Of a stretch of 64,000 bases of DNA, positions 11,090 through 19,832 are shown in pieces. Both the position numbers and the translations under genes were made by a program. Position 1 is the first letter of the stretch. Each line of letters opens with the position of its first letter. This DNA is from Candidatus Latescibacterota bacterium (lineage in GTDB: Bacteria; Latescibacterota; UBA2968; SICM01): contig CBDCJO010000002.1 of assembly GCA_965217865.1 (NCBI GenBank), forward strand, positions 640,001 through 704,000. The letters run 5' to 3'. The notes under the pieces are model-generated. The model ran no database searches. It was not told the origin of the DNA and saw nothing but the letters and a program-made list of their open reading frames with translations.

Positions 11090-11243
11090 CAGCGGGCCAA
11101 CGGCCCGTGATTCCTTGGCCCAGCCCAACGGGCTGGGTTTGAATGTGGGCGAATCCAGCGGGCCAACGGTCCGCGATTCCTTGGCCCAGCCCAACGGGCT
11201 GGGTTTGAATGTGGGCGAATCCAGCGGGCCAACGGTCCGCGAT
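11090..11243. repeat. 66-bp tandem repeat of REP-like palindromic units (about 2.3 copies)
   Basis: Units start at 11090, 11156 and 11222 and contain the hairpins gggccaacggccc and cccagcccaacgggctggg. Confidence 0.88.
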
Positions 11244-11314
11244 CCGGATCAATCAGGATGGCAGACAGGGATTGGGAGATGTGAAATAATCGCGGGCTGA
11301 CCGAAACGAAACCC

Positions 11315-11340
11315 GTAGGGGCGGACCTGTGTGTCCGCCC
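11315..11340 (+). repeat. GTAG-type REP
   Basis: GTAGGGGCGGACCTGTGTGTCCGCCC: GTAG followed by a hairpin. Confidence 0.75.
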
Positions 11341-11842
11341 GTCGATAGGGCATCGGAAAGCCGGGGTTCGTGGATCGTGACTCGTGACTCGGAAAAACCC
11401 GAATCATATCGATTCAGGCCATTGACTGTTTGGTAGTTTGGTAAACTATTCGGATCGATCTACGAATCACGAATCACGAATCACGGATCCCGGTTTTGTA
11501 ATTCTGAACGCGCGTGCAGAATTGGAAATTCCCATATTCGCGAAAAAAATAGCTTAAAATAGGCATTTTTCTTCCTGCTAAAATATTTTTGCATCTACTT
11601 AAGTGGCCAGGTGCGGCCGCCGTCCCTCAAGTGGCTTCACGCTTCACGAGATACGTTTCACGTTCTTTATTGCACCGGCGTATCTATTTTTATATATTTC
11701 TAATTAGATATTTATCGAAATAGTTGTGTGGTGTTTATTAAGTTTGGGAATTAGCAGATTAAGGCTTGACTTTCAGTCCCTTTTTGGTTATATTAAGTGT
11801 AGTTAAAACAACCAACTTAACCAAAAAAAGGGAGAAAGGATA

Positions 11843-12724
11843 ATGAACTTGTTGACGGCGATTGAAAGGTTCCCGACTCAGGAATCATGCATTGAAAGCC
11901 TTGAGCGGGTGCGGTTCGGAAGTGACCCGTTTTGTCCGTTGTGCGGGGCGGTTGGGGAATGTGCCCGAAAGAAAGAGGGAACCATTGTCGGGCGTTGGAA
12001 CTGCCATGCCTGCAAGTCCAGCTTCAACGTTCTTTCGGGGACAATGTTTCAGGGTACGCATCTTCCGCTCCAGAAGTGGTTTATGGCAATCGCCTTGATC
12101 CTCAACGCCAAGAAGAGCCTGTCCAGCTGCCAGCTTGCCCGGGACCTGAACCTTAACCAACGATCGGCATGGTACATGCAACAGCGGATTCGCGCCGAGA
12201 TGGCGACGAGGCAGGGGAAGATATTGTTGCGCGGGATCGTCGAAGCCGACGAGACCTACGTCGGAGGCAAGCCCAGGAAACGCAACAATCGGAAAGGCGG
12301 CGGCAACGCTCCCAGGGGGCGCGGGACCCGCAAGACTCCGGTTATAGGAGCCGTGGAGCGTGGAGGGAAGGTAGTTGCCCGTGTGGCGGACGATCTGTCA
12401 GGCAGGGGAGTTCTGGACTTCATCAAGCAGGCGATAGAGCCCGAAGGGTCGGTGCTTGTCACGGACGAATTCGGGGCTTACAACGCAGTAAGGCAAATCA
12501 TGAGTCACGCCGTGATTCACCATGCCAGGCATTATGCGGACGGTGATATACACACGAACACGATTGAAGGCGTATGGTCCCTGCTAAAGAGAGCGTGGTA
12601 CGGTTCCCATCATCACTACACGAAGCGTTACACGCCGTTCTACGTGGCCGAGGCGTGTTACAAATACAACAACCGGAAGAACAAGCGGACGTTTGATACG
12701 TTCATGAAGGGTTGCTTCGCATAG
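11843..12724 (+). CDS. IS1595-family transposase
   Basis: Zn ribbon CPLC...CHAC, VEADETYVGG, LVTDE, HTNTIEGVWSLLKR. Confidence 0.95.
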   Translation: MNLLTAIERFPTQESCIESLERVRFGSDPFCPLCGAVGECARKKEGTIVGRWNCHACKSSFNVLSGTMFQGTHLPLQKWFMAIALILNAKKSLSSCQLARDLNLNQRSAWYMQQRIRAEMATRQGKILLRGIVEADETYVGGKPRKRNNRKGGGNAPRGRGTRKTPVIGAVERGGKVVARVADDLSGRGVLDFIKQAIEPEGSVLVTDEFGAYNAVRQIMSHAVIHHARHYADGDIHTNTIEGVWSLLKRAWYGSHHHYTKRYTPFYVAEACYKYNNRKNKRTFDTFMKGCFA

Positions 12725-12744
12725 TCTTTTTTCGGGAGGTTAAA

Positions 12745-13035
12745 TTATGTGGATACGGAGTTTTTTTCGTCGCCTAACAGGTAGGCCTTCACCGCCTTCT
12801 TCAGCATCCGGGCAAGCTGAGCAGCAACTGGAGGAGATAGGGCAAGATCGATCCTCTCTTCCCCGCGAACACCCTCGATGGCTATCTCCAGAATTAAAAC
12901 TGATCGGGACGTGGCGTGGCGAACCCCCACGCCTGACACAAGAAGAGCTTGATTGGATAGCTTATTCGCGTCCTGACGGGAAACAACGGGAACCTTCTTC
13001 ATAGATCGACGCACTTGCTCATCTGTCAAAGACAT
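12745..13035 (-). CDS. Hypothetical protein (IS passenger)
   Basis: 96-aa ORF with AAGGA RBS, co-oriented with and downstream of the MTase-HNH gene. Confidence 0.55.
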   Translation of the reverse strand: MSLTDEQVRRSMKKVPVVSRQDANKLSNQALLVSGVGVRHATSRSVLILEIAIEGVRGEERIDLALSPPVAAQLARMLKKAVKAYLLGDEKNSVST

Positions 13036-13075
13036 AATTCCGTCCTTTCAGTGGGCCAGTTAGAAATCCTACACG

Positions 13076-14332
13076 TTACAGAATGCCATCCGCTTTCAAT
13101 TTGGAGATCAGATATTCATGGGTATTGCTTCCCTTGACACTATTACAGGCTCCGCAGAGCAGTTGCAGGTTTTCTGGATGGTTGGTTCCTCCTTTGATTT
13201 TGGGTACGATATGATCCACCACGAAGTTTCTGAAGTGAAATGTTGAACGGCATCCTTTGCACATTCCTTCCTGTTTGCCGAACAGGACATGCCTATGTGT
13301 ACGGTAGTTGGGAAGCTTGCCTACGTCCGTTCTTTTCGGGACGTCGGTTCGCTTGACAGGCGTGAAGTCGCTGAACAGGTCGAATTGCCGAATACGGACC
13401 TGGACTAGATCAACCGCCTTCTCCGATATGTCTATACCTACCCATTGGCGGTGCAGTTTCTCGGCAGCAACGCAGGCGGTGGCGCAGCCCGCGAATGGGT
13501 CCAGGACCACATCGCCTTCGTTCGACGAAGCCTTGATGATGCGTTCAAGCAACGCTAATGGCTTCTGGGTTGGGTAGCCGACACGCTCAGCATCCGAGTT
13601 GTTGATTTTCGGGATGTCCCAAACATCGTCAAGTGGAACGCCATAGGTCATAGCGTCATCAAGATAGCGCCGAACCCGTTCGCCACTGCCAGCATCAGAA
13701 AGGACATACTCCCTACCTCCTGAATCTAGGTGTACCTTTTGCTTGCGACGCGCCACGTACTCTTTTTTGTTGTTCCAGGGCCGTACTGGATAGTGAAACG
13801 TAGTATGAGAACTCATGCCGTAGAACAGGATCGTATCGTGGCGCTTCTCTAGGTGGCGCTTCATCCGCTTATTCCACCCGCTATAGTGCCAAACAATCTC
13901 ATTCCGAACGCTTCTTTGTCCGAACACCGCGTCCATGAGCAGCTTCAGGTAATGGCTCGCTGTCTGGTCACAATGTAGATAAATTGAGCCTGTGTCCTTC
14001 AACAATCGCTTCATTTCAAGCAGCCTTACGGCCATCATTATGAGATATGACTTCATGCCTTTCCCGTGCGCCAATCCTGCCGCATCTATAATCGAATATA
14101 AGGCCGGGTGTTTGTCGGCGATAATACCCATCCAAGCAACATCCAAGTCGGACAACGACCATGAATCCTTGAAAACCGCTCCTGCCGCTTCAGATCCAAT
14201 AGGCGCGGCGTAGGTGCGGTTGCTGTTGAACGGCGGATCAAGGTAGATCAGATCGACGCTTTCGGAATTCATACCACGCATGATGTCCAGGTTGTCACCC
14301 GTCCACATCGTGCGGTTCTTGAAGTTGGACAT
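13076..14332 (-). CDS. N6/N4 DNA methyltransferase fused to a C-terminal HNH endonuclease domain
   Basis: LIYLDPPF, YPTQKP, VLDPFAGCAT (beta-class order), then CKGC...VDHIVPKIKGGTNHPENLQLLCGACNSVKG. Confidence 0.92.
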   Translation of the reverse strand: MSNFKNRTMWTGDNLDIMRGMNSESVDLIYLDPPFNSNRTYAAPIGSEAAGAVFKDSWSLSDLDVAWMGIIADKHPALYSIIDAAGLAHGKGMKSYLIMMAVRLLEMKRLLKDTGSIYLHCDQTASHYLKLLMDAVFGQRSVRNEIVWHYSGWNKRMKRHLEKRHDTILFYGMSSHTTFHYPVRPWNNKKEYVARRKQKVHLDSGGREYVLSDAGSGERVRRYLDDAMTYGVPLDDVWDIPKINNSDAERVGYPTQKPLALLERIIKASSNEGDVVLDPFAGCATACVAAEKLHRQWVGIDISEKAVDLVQVRIRQFDLFSDFTPVKRTDVPKRTDVGKLPNYRTHRHVLFGKQEGMCKGCRSTFHFRNFVVDHIVPKIKGGTNHPENLQLLCGACNSVKGSNTHEYLISKLKADGIL

Positions 14333-14430
14333 GGTATGAAGTTACTCAGTTTGGTTTGTAAAGTCAAGCCTTAATCTGCTAATTGCGTTAAGTTTAGACT
14401 CTTATCCTTTTCAGATCAGAGGAGGCGTTC

Positions 14431-14502
14431 GTGGCACAGGAGGAATTTAATTTTCTGCTTCGTTTTTTCAAGGCCCTGGGGAACGAAAGCCGGCTTAAGA
14501 TT
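14431..14502 (+). pseudogene. ArsR-family/DUF2087 regulator, 5' part (continues in frame at 37698)
   Basis: GGAGG RBS, GTG start, MAQEEFNFLLRFFKALGNESRLKI. Ends in the TSD TTAAGATT. Confidence 0.88.
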
Positions 14503-15228
14503 GGGAATTATATATTATTTTACCCTTGACATGCCGCCTGAAATTGCTTATATTTATATGTAAATAAAGGAGGTTATGTTATGGGAAAAGGGCCTGGAAA
14601 GTATTACAGGAAGGGGATTTCGTTATTGGACCTGACAAAACGTTTTCCGAACGACGGCATGGCGGAAGATTGGTTCGTTCGAATCCGTTGGCCTAATGGT
14701 GTTCGATGTCCGGCATGCAAGTCCAGCGACGTTCAATCACGTCCAAAAAGAAAGCCTCAACCTTACCGATGCCGGAAATGCCGCAAGGATTTCTCCATGA
14801 AAACGGGAACGTTGATGCAAGGATCAAATCTCGGGTATCAGAAATGGGCCATAGAAATTTATCTTTTTGCAACTGGAATGAAGGGTACGTCAAGCATGAA
14901 GTTGCATCGGGATCTCGGAATAACACAGAAAAGCGCATGGTACCTGGCTGTTTTCGTTCCGGCGCTTATCATCAACAGAACCGTTCCTGCGACAAGCATA
15001 AGCCATCCCCATTCAAGATTGATAAACAACCAGATGAAAAGACCGATTGATGTTCCACTAGTTATCCATAATGTAACCAGAAAGATTGAAATAACAGCCA
15101 GGATTAGGACGACACCCCATCTTCTTCACCATTAATCGATCCAAGCAATTCAAGTAAATGTTGTTTCGACATTCTCATATTTCTCCCCTCCGCATGACCA
15201 ATGAACTCATTCAAAATAAGGAGATTGC

Positions 15229-15357
15229 GTGAACAAAATCGAAAATAAAGGAAACATCGGTCGAGGAAAGACTAAAACTGGACGAAAACTAACACCTAAA
15301 AACCTCGCCCATGCCATTATCAATACTCCACCCCCAAAAAAGCGACAGCGTTCATGA
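15229..15357 (+). CDS. Small basic peptide (42 aa) inside the element; copy at 37091-37219
   Basis: AAGGAG RBS, GTG start, MNKIENKGNIGRGKTKTGRKLTPKNLAHAIINTPPPKKRQRS. Confidence 0.5.
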   Translation: MNKIENKGNIGRGKTKTGRKLTPKNLAHAIINTPPPKKRQRS

Positions 15358-15561
15358 CAGTTTGGGGGGTAAAGAGGCAGTAGGGCCTTGTGATGGAAAT
15401 ATCTCAAGCTCCAGGTGCTCGAAGAAAAACTTGGATTGCCAATAGATAAAGTATGGCAACAGAATACCAAACGTGCAAATCGTGAGAACTATCAACCCTA
15501 ATGACATGCAGAAGAATTCTCCAAAACTCCCCTTGAATACAACTCGACCAATGGAGTGCAT
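15352..15561 (-). CDS. Small membrane protein (DUF6693/YjgN-N-terminus-like); copy at 37214-37423
   Basis: FKGSFGEFF...LTICTFGILLPYF..W pattern. GGAGG RBS. Confidence 0.62.
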   Translation of the reverse strand: MHSIGRVVFKGSFGEFFCMSLGLIVLTICTFGILLPYFIYWQSKFFFEHLELEIFPSQGPTASLPPKLS

Positions 15562-15831
15562 ACTGGCATCCCTCCCTGTGGGGGTGACGTGACCTCCTTT
15601 GACACCCTAAGATGGGGATGCCGGGCCATGTCACCATCACGCAAGAGAAATGCGGGAAAGTTCTACCTATTCGCCTGGATACGGGGAATGACCCCATACC
15701 GGGTAAAAAACGGCTATTGTATTCAGCAGAGGACCCGACATGGCGGGCTCTTGCATATATGATGGTGACAAGGGTAAGATACTACAATGGATATGCGCTG
15801 CCAAGGGTAAAATAATATATAATTCCCTTTC

Positions 15832-16476
15832 CTATATATCCGAAAACAGATCCCCCAGGTGTGTCGCGTCACCCACACGACGTAAGACGGCATATTGCGG
15901 CGCACCGCCTTCGACCCGCCCCCTGGGCCAGAACTCGAACTCCGTGATGGATCCGTTGGGCATCGACTCGAACTCGTGCATCCATGGCATGTTATGGGGA
16001 ATTCCCACGGCCCACCTGATCGCCGCATCGATTGACCCCGCGTGAGAGACCACGGCCACCCGTTGTCCGGAATGCTTGTCGACAACCCCGTCATAGAAAT
16101 CTGCGATTCGTGCCGAGAACTCTTGGAGCGTCACACCGTCCACCCCTCCGTGTTCAGGCTTCCAGAACTGAAGATGGGGTTGTTCATGAAGCGTGTCGAG
16201 TGATGTCGTGCCGAGTTCAAACTCTTCAAGCCGGGAATCTGAGATCGGCTCGAGACCCAGCTTCTCGCAAATATACCCGGCCGTTTGCGCCGCTCGGGGG
16301 AGAGAACTCGTGTAGACCACATCGGGCGGAACATCCACAGCGAAGTGCGCTACGAGCGCCTCGGCCTGTCGACGGCCGAGCTCGCTGAGAGGCGTCATAA
16401 GCCCAATTTCTGAACTGCCCGGCGACCGGGCCTGGCCGTGCCGGATAAGAATCAATATGGTTGACGAAAATTTCAT
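15832..16476 (-). CDS. Histidine phosphatase family protein
   Basis: LIRHGQ, SSLPRAAQTA, VVSHAG. Confidence 0.9.
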   Translation of the reverse strand: MKFSSTILILIRHGQARSPGSSEIGLMTPLSELGRRQAEALVAHFAVDVPPDVVYTSSLPRAAQTAGYICEKLGLEPISDSRLEEFELGTTSLDTLHEQPHLQFWKPEHGGVDGVTLQEFSARIADFYDGVVDKHSGQRVAVVSHAGSIDAAIRWAVGIPHNMPWMHEFESMPNGSITEFEFWPRGRVEGGAPQYAVLRRVGDATHLGDLFSDI

Positions 16477-16509
16477 TGCCCCAATATAATGCTTCGTGTC
16501 GTTTACCTG

Positions 16510-17097
16510 TCAAGATTTGATCTCGAACCTGAATCCTCTATCCCATTCCGGTGTCGATTTATTGTATACGATCCTGAAAAGATCAGGAGTCCGTATCGCC
16601 TCCCACTCGTTAAATCCGAACGTAGGATCCAGATGATTCAGGAACAGACCGATAGCGTTTCCGTGAGAACAAGCTAAACCATTCTTTCCCGGGTTTGACT
16701 GGACAAACCTGAGGATGCATTGCTTCATCCGTTCCTGACAGACCCTCCCCGTCTCGCAATTCGGCAGGGCGAAATCGAAATCCGACCAGGCCTTCTTTAA
16801 AGTCTCACACCAGTTATCCAGGTAGAGTTCCGTGAGCTTTCTCTCCCCTAACTCGGGTTCGACAACAATCTGAAGACCCGATCGCTCACAAAAAGGCCGG
16901 ACCGTATCGATTGCCCGGGGATATGGGCTTGAGATCACCCGATCGATCCTGAGTACGGAAAGCTGGTCCTTCAGGGTCGAGGCCTGAACCTTTCCCTCAG
17001 ATGATAGGGGCCATTCTGGTTCAGGGACATCCGGACTAGGTGAGCTTCTGGCGTGGCGAAGCAGGTAAACAACAGTGATGTCCTCGTTTATTCCCAA
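16510..17097 (-). CDS. Histidine phosphatase family protein
   Basis: LLRHARS, SSPYPRAIDT, CSHGN. Confidence 0.88.
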   Translation of the reverse strand: MGINEDITVVYLLRHARSSPSPDVPEPEWPLSSEGKVQASTLKDQLSVLRIDRVISSPYPRAIDTVRPFCERSGLQIVVEPELGERKLTELYLDNWCETLKKAWSDFDFALPNCETGRVCQERMKQCILRFVQSNPGKNGLACSHGNAIGLFLNHLDPTFGFNEWEAIRTPDLFRIVYNKSTPEWDRGFRFEIKS

Positions 17098-17120
17098 ATG
17101 GCAATCCTTTTCGCCTGATG

Positions 17121-18167
17121 CTAATTATCCTCGACCGCATTTTCGACAATGAAGAATTTCCTTTGCTCACAATCGATTCGAGCTGTGATCCCATATGGCA
17201 AAATAAACATTGGATCTGTGTGCCCAAAATCCATCTGCGTCACGATCGGAAGATGATCCAGACCTTCCTCCTCCACAATAACCTTCTGAACTGCATCATC
17301 ATACTTGGGAAATTCACTGTGCGGTATTTGACCTCCTGGTCTTCCAATGATGATACCCGAAAGCCGATTCAGGATTCCCTGAGCAGCGTATACCCGCAGA
17401 GCCCTGATCACGCTTTCGGGCGGTGCTCCCTCCTCCGAGGTTTCGAGAAACAAGATGGCTCCATCCCACTGACTGTGATCAGGCCAGACCGAGGTTCCTC
17501 GAAGCCATTCCATAACCTCCAGGCATCCACCGACCAGATGACCCTCGAAAACGCCGTCGCCCTGCAAGAAATTCCAACCTTCACTCGAATTTAGTCGTCT
17601 TTTTCGGCCCTGGTTTTCGGGATTTTCCCACTTCAGATGTTCAACAGTCCAACCGTCCCGGTTGCTTGGGACCTCACCTATTGGCTTAGGTGAAAACAAA
17701 GTTTGTCTCACTGACTTGACCATGTACGGAAACATCCCCGTGTTTTCGGCGAATCCGGACATAATCGACGGTCCGTAAAAGGAAATAAGACCAGCCTTGA
17801 AGCAGGCCAAATGGGTAACAGTCGTGTCCGAGTACCCGAGAAAAATCTTCGGATTCTCTCTGAAAATATTTAAATCAAGGTGCTTCAGGGTCCGGATGGA
17901 ATCATCCCCCCCTATTGTGGAGATGACAGCCTTGATAGTCGAGTCCGAAAAGGCCTCCATGAGATCGTCAGCGCGTGCCTTAGGGTTCTTGGCAAGCCAA
18001 TCCGGATCCCTCAAAGTGTGAGGCATCTCGACTATTTCAACCGCAAATTCTTCCTGGAGTTGGCGCTTTCCGGCTTCGTACCTGTGTGGGCACGCACCCG
18101 GACCACCCCACGAAAGGGTTACCGTCGCAACCCTGTCTCCTTGATTAAGTTTCGGTGCTTTCAACAT
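17121..18167 (-). CDS. S66 peptidase (LD-carboxypeptidase/MccF-like)
   Basis: STIGGDDS, FLGYSDTT (catalytic Ser), LFLETSE, DFGHTDP. Confidence 0.92.
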   Translation of the reverse strand: MLKAPKLNQGDRVATVTLSWGGPGACPHRYEAGKRQLQEEFAVEIVEMPHTLRDPDWLAKNPKARADDLMEAFSDSTIKAVISTIGGDDSIRTLKHLDLNIFRENPKIFLGYSDTTVTHLACFKAGLISFYGPSIMSGFAENTGMFPYMVKSVRQTLFSPKPIGEVPSNRDGWTVEHLKWENPENQGRKRRLNSSEGWNFLQGDGVFEGHLVGGCLEVMEWLRGTSVWPDHSQWDGAILFLETSEEGAPPESVIRALRVYAAQGILNRLSGIIIGRPGGQIPHSEFPKYDDAVQKVIVEEEGLDHLPIVTQMDFGHTDPMFILPYGITARIDCEQRKFFIVENAVEDN

Positions 18168-18211
18168 TGCAGTTCTTGCAAGATATCTCTTTTAATAGGA
18201 TTTCGTGGGCT

Positions 18212-19183
18212 TCAATTAAATTTGCCACCCCACAATGCTTCACAAAATGCCTTAGGATTCTGAACCGGATGACGGTTAAGAAAGTCGGCGAGCGTTCCAA
18301 ATTCGTGTAACAGACAGAAAGTCGTGATGCTCTCCATGGTGGGTTTATCCAAGGCCAGGCCATATGATTCGAGAAAGACCCGGGTCAATTTTGGTTCGCC
18401 AAACGTCAGGTCTGCGATTGGGGCTAAGAAATCGTAGTGCGGATGTCCAATCTTCGCATCCCCGAAATCAATCAGCCCATTGATAACCCAGGAATCCGTT
18501 CCCTCAGTCAGCAGAACATGCTCATCGGTGATGTCCGCGTGCAACAGGACCGAAGCATCATCGAGAGGCATGTGATGAGAAAGCCGATCCCGGATCCAGG
18601 ATTTCCAAGGCTCTTCGACAACGTGGTGGTCATCGGCGCGACGAACCCGTTGACGGAAAAAATTTGCCCAATCGTTTCTGAGACCGGAATCAGGGTCTTG
18701 TGTGTGAAGGGTTCGAATCAGGACACCCAGCTGGCGAAGGAGATCGGTTTTTTGTGCAAACTGCAAATTGCCCCAGACCTTGCCTATCGGGTTACCATCC
18801 AGCTCACTCAGCACCAGGTAGTTCCAATTGTCGACCCGCCCATCGGCGAGTATTCTGGGTACGGGCAGGTTTGATGCGGATAAGAGCGACGCACGTTCTG
18901 CACGATAATCTTCCGGCCACAGATTGCAAAAAACTTTGATGATGGCACCATCAACCCGAAAGACAATGTTTGAGCCCTCCAATTCACGTTGAAGTGTTCC
19001 AGCATCAAGATTGTGACGCCTGCAAATCTCTTTCACACCGGGGGTGAACAGAGAGTCATCCCTGGAGACACTACTGAATTCTTCTTCGGTTGTGATATCT
19101 TTGAATAGCAAGATGACCCTCGAATGAAACGTCTCGCGCGTGTAATGTAGTGCGCTCGGGGTAAGAAAGTCTTCTTTGACCAA
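18212..19183 (-). CDS. APH/phosphotransferase-family protein (start uncertain)
   Basis: LPVPRIL, LLHADITDEHVL, GLIDFGDA. Confidence 0.85.
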   Translation of the reverse strand: MVKEDFLTPSALHYTRETFHSRVILLFKDITTEEEFSSVSRDDSLFTPGVKEICRRHNLDAGTLQRELEGSNIVFRVDGAIIKVFCNLWPEDYRAERASLLSASNLPVPRILADGRVDNWNYLVLSELDGNPIGKVWGNLQFAQKTDLLRQLGVLIRTLHTQDPDSGLRNDWANFFRQRVRRADDHHVVEEPWKSWIRDRLSHHMPLDDASVLLHADITDEHVLLTEGTDSWVINGLIDFGDAKIGHPHYDFLAPIADLTFGEPKLTRVFLESYGLALDKPTMESITTFCLLHEFGTLADFLNRHPVQNPKAFCEALWGGKFN

Positions 19184-19213
19184 AAAAATACAGTCAGAGC
19201 GACTCCCTTTCTT

Positions 19214-19492
19214 TCAGTGCCCGCCACTAAGCCACACCATAGCGGTCAGCTTTTTTAGCCTCCTTATGTATGCTTTGTTCGGGTTTTTTTGAGCCGATGG
19301 GTTCTTCATGACATTGAATATCTGCTCCGACAGAACCGAACCGATTGCGTGAATCGCTTCGTGTCGATCAAGACCTTCACGGAGGAGTCTTTCAAGCGTG
19401 ACCTGTTGGACTCGCTCTTGCTCATCCAGAGCCAGCCACTCATCTGGATCAGGGACCTGAAGCGGATCATAGAATTCCATTCTTATCCTCAC
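19214..19492 (-). pseudogene. DUF1841-like protein, probably internally deleted
   Basis: YDP...PDPDEWLALDEQER joined directly to RLLREGLDRHEAIHAIGSVL. Confidence 0.5.
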
Positions 19493-19636
19493 CTTCTTTG
19501 TGTAGAATGCATATGCCCATACTCAAGATGGCACACCGCACTACCTGCCTTAGGTTGCCGAAGTCGCCAGAACCGGGGAGTGCACGTGTTGGTTGCCGTC
19601 GGACAAAGAAAGGTATATATCCTCTTCTGCTTTCCC

Positions 19637-19832
19637 CTAGTGTCGTGTCCCAGAAGTTCCTTACAAAAGAAAGCCTCCAAAAACGTAGCGGTGGCTGTCA
19701 TTTTGATCGAGAGCGAGCGAAGAACGCACCAACTGTCTGATAGTTCGGGACATAGAGATCCTTCGCTCCGTTCAGGGTTTACAGACCGCTATCCGAGAAA
19801 TTATTGAAGGAATTTCCGGGACACGACACTAG
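19637..19832. mobile_element. IS630-type MITE (196 bp including both CTAG)
   Basis: 26-bp TIRs ctagtgtcgtgtcccagaagttcctt / ctagtgtcgtgtcccggaaattcctt. The outer 15 bp match the right end of the IS630 at 45135-46305. Confidence 0.85.

Larger units (their letters stand above)
11746..14387 (+). mobile_element. IS1595-family element with passenger genes (tIS), 2642 bp
   Basis: TIRs GGGAATTAGCAGATTAAGGCTTGACTTT / CGCAATTAGCAGATTAAGGCTTGACTTT. 8-bp TSD TTAAGTTT at 11738-11745 and 14388-14395. Confidence 0.95.
14503..15827 (+). mobile_element. Non-autonomous IS1595-family element, copy A (1325 bp)
   Basis: Perfect 26-bp TIRs gggaattatatattattttacccttg. Transposase (from 14581) is truncated after KSAWYLA and has no DDE domain. 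Confidence 0.93.

Noticed and set aside
11090-11243. CRISPR array
   Set aside because: The units are contiguous and near-identical, with no unique spacers and no cas genes.
14581-15135. Full-length transposase
   Set aside because: Homology ends at KSAWYLA; the rest is antisense read-through with no DDE domain.
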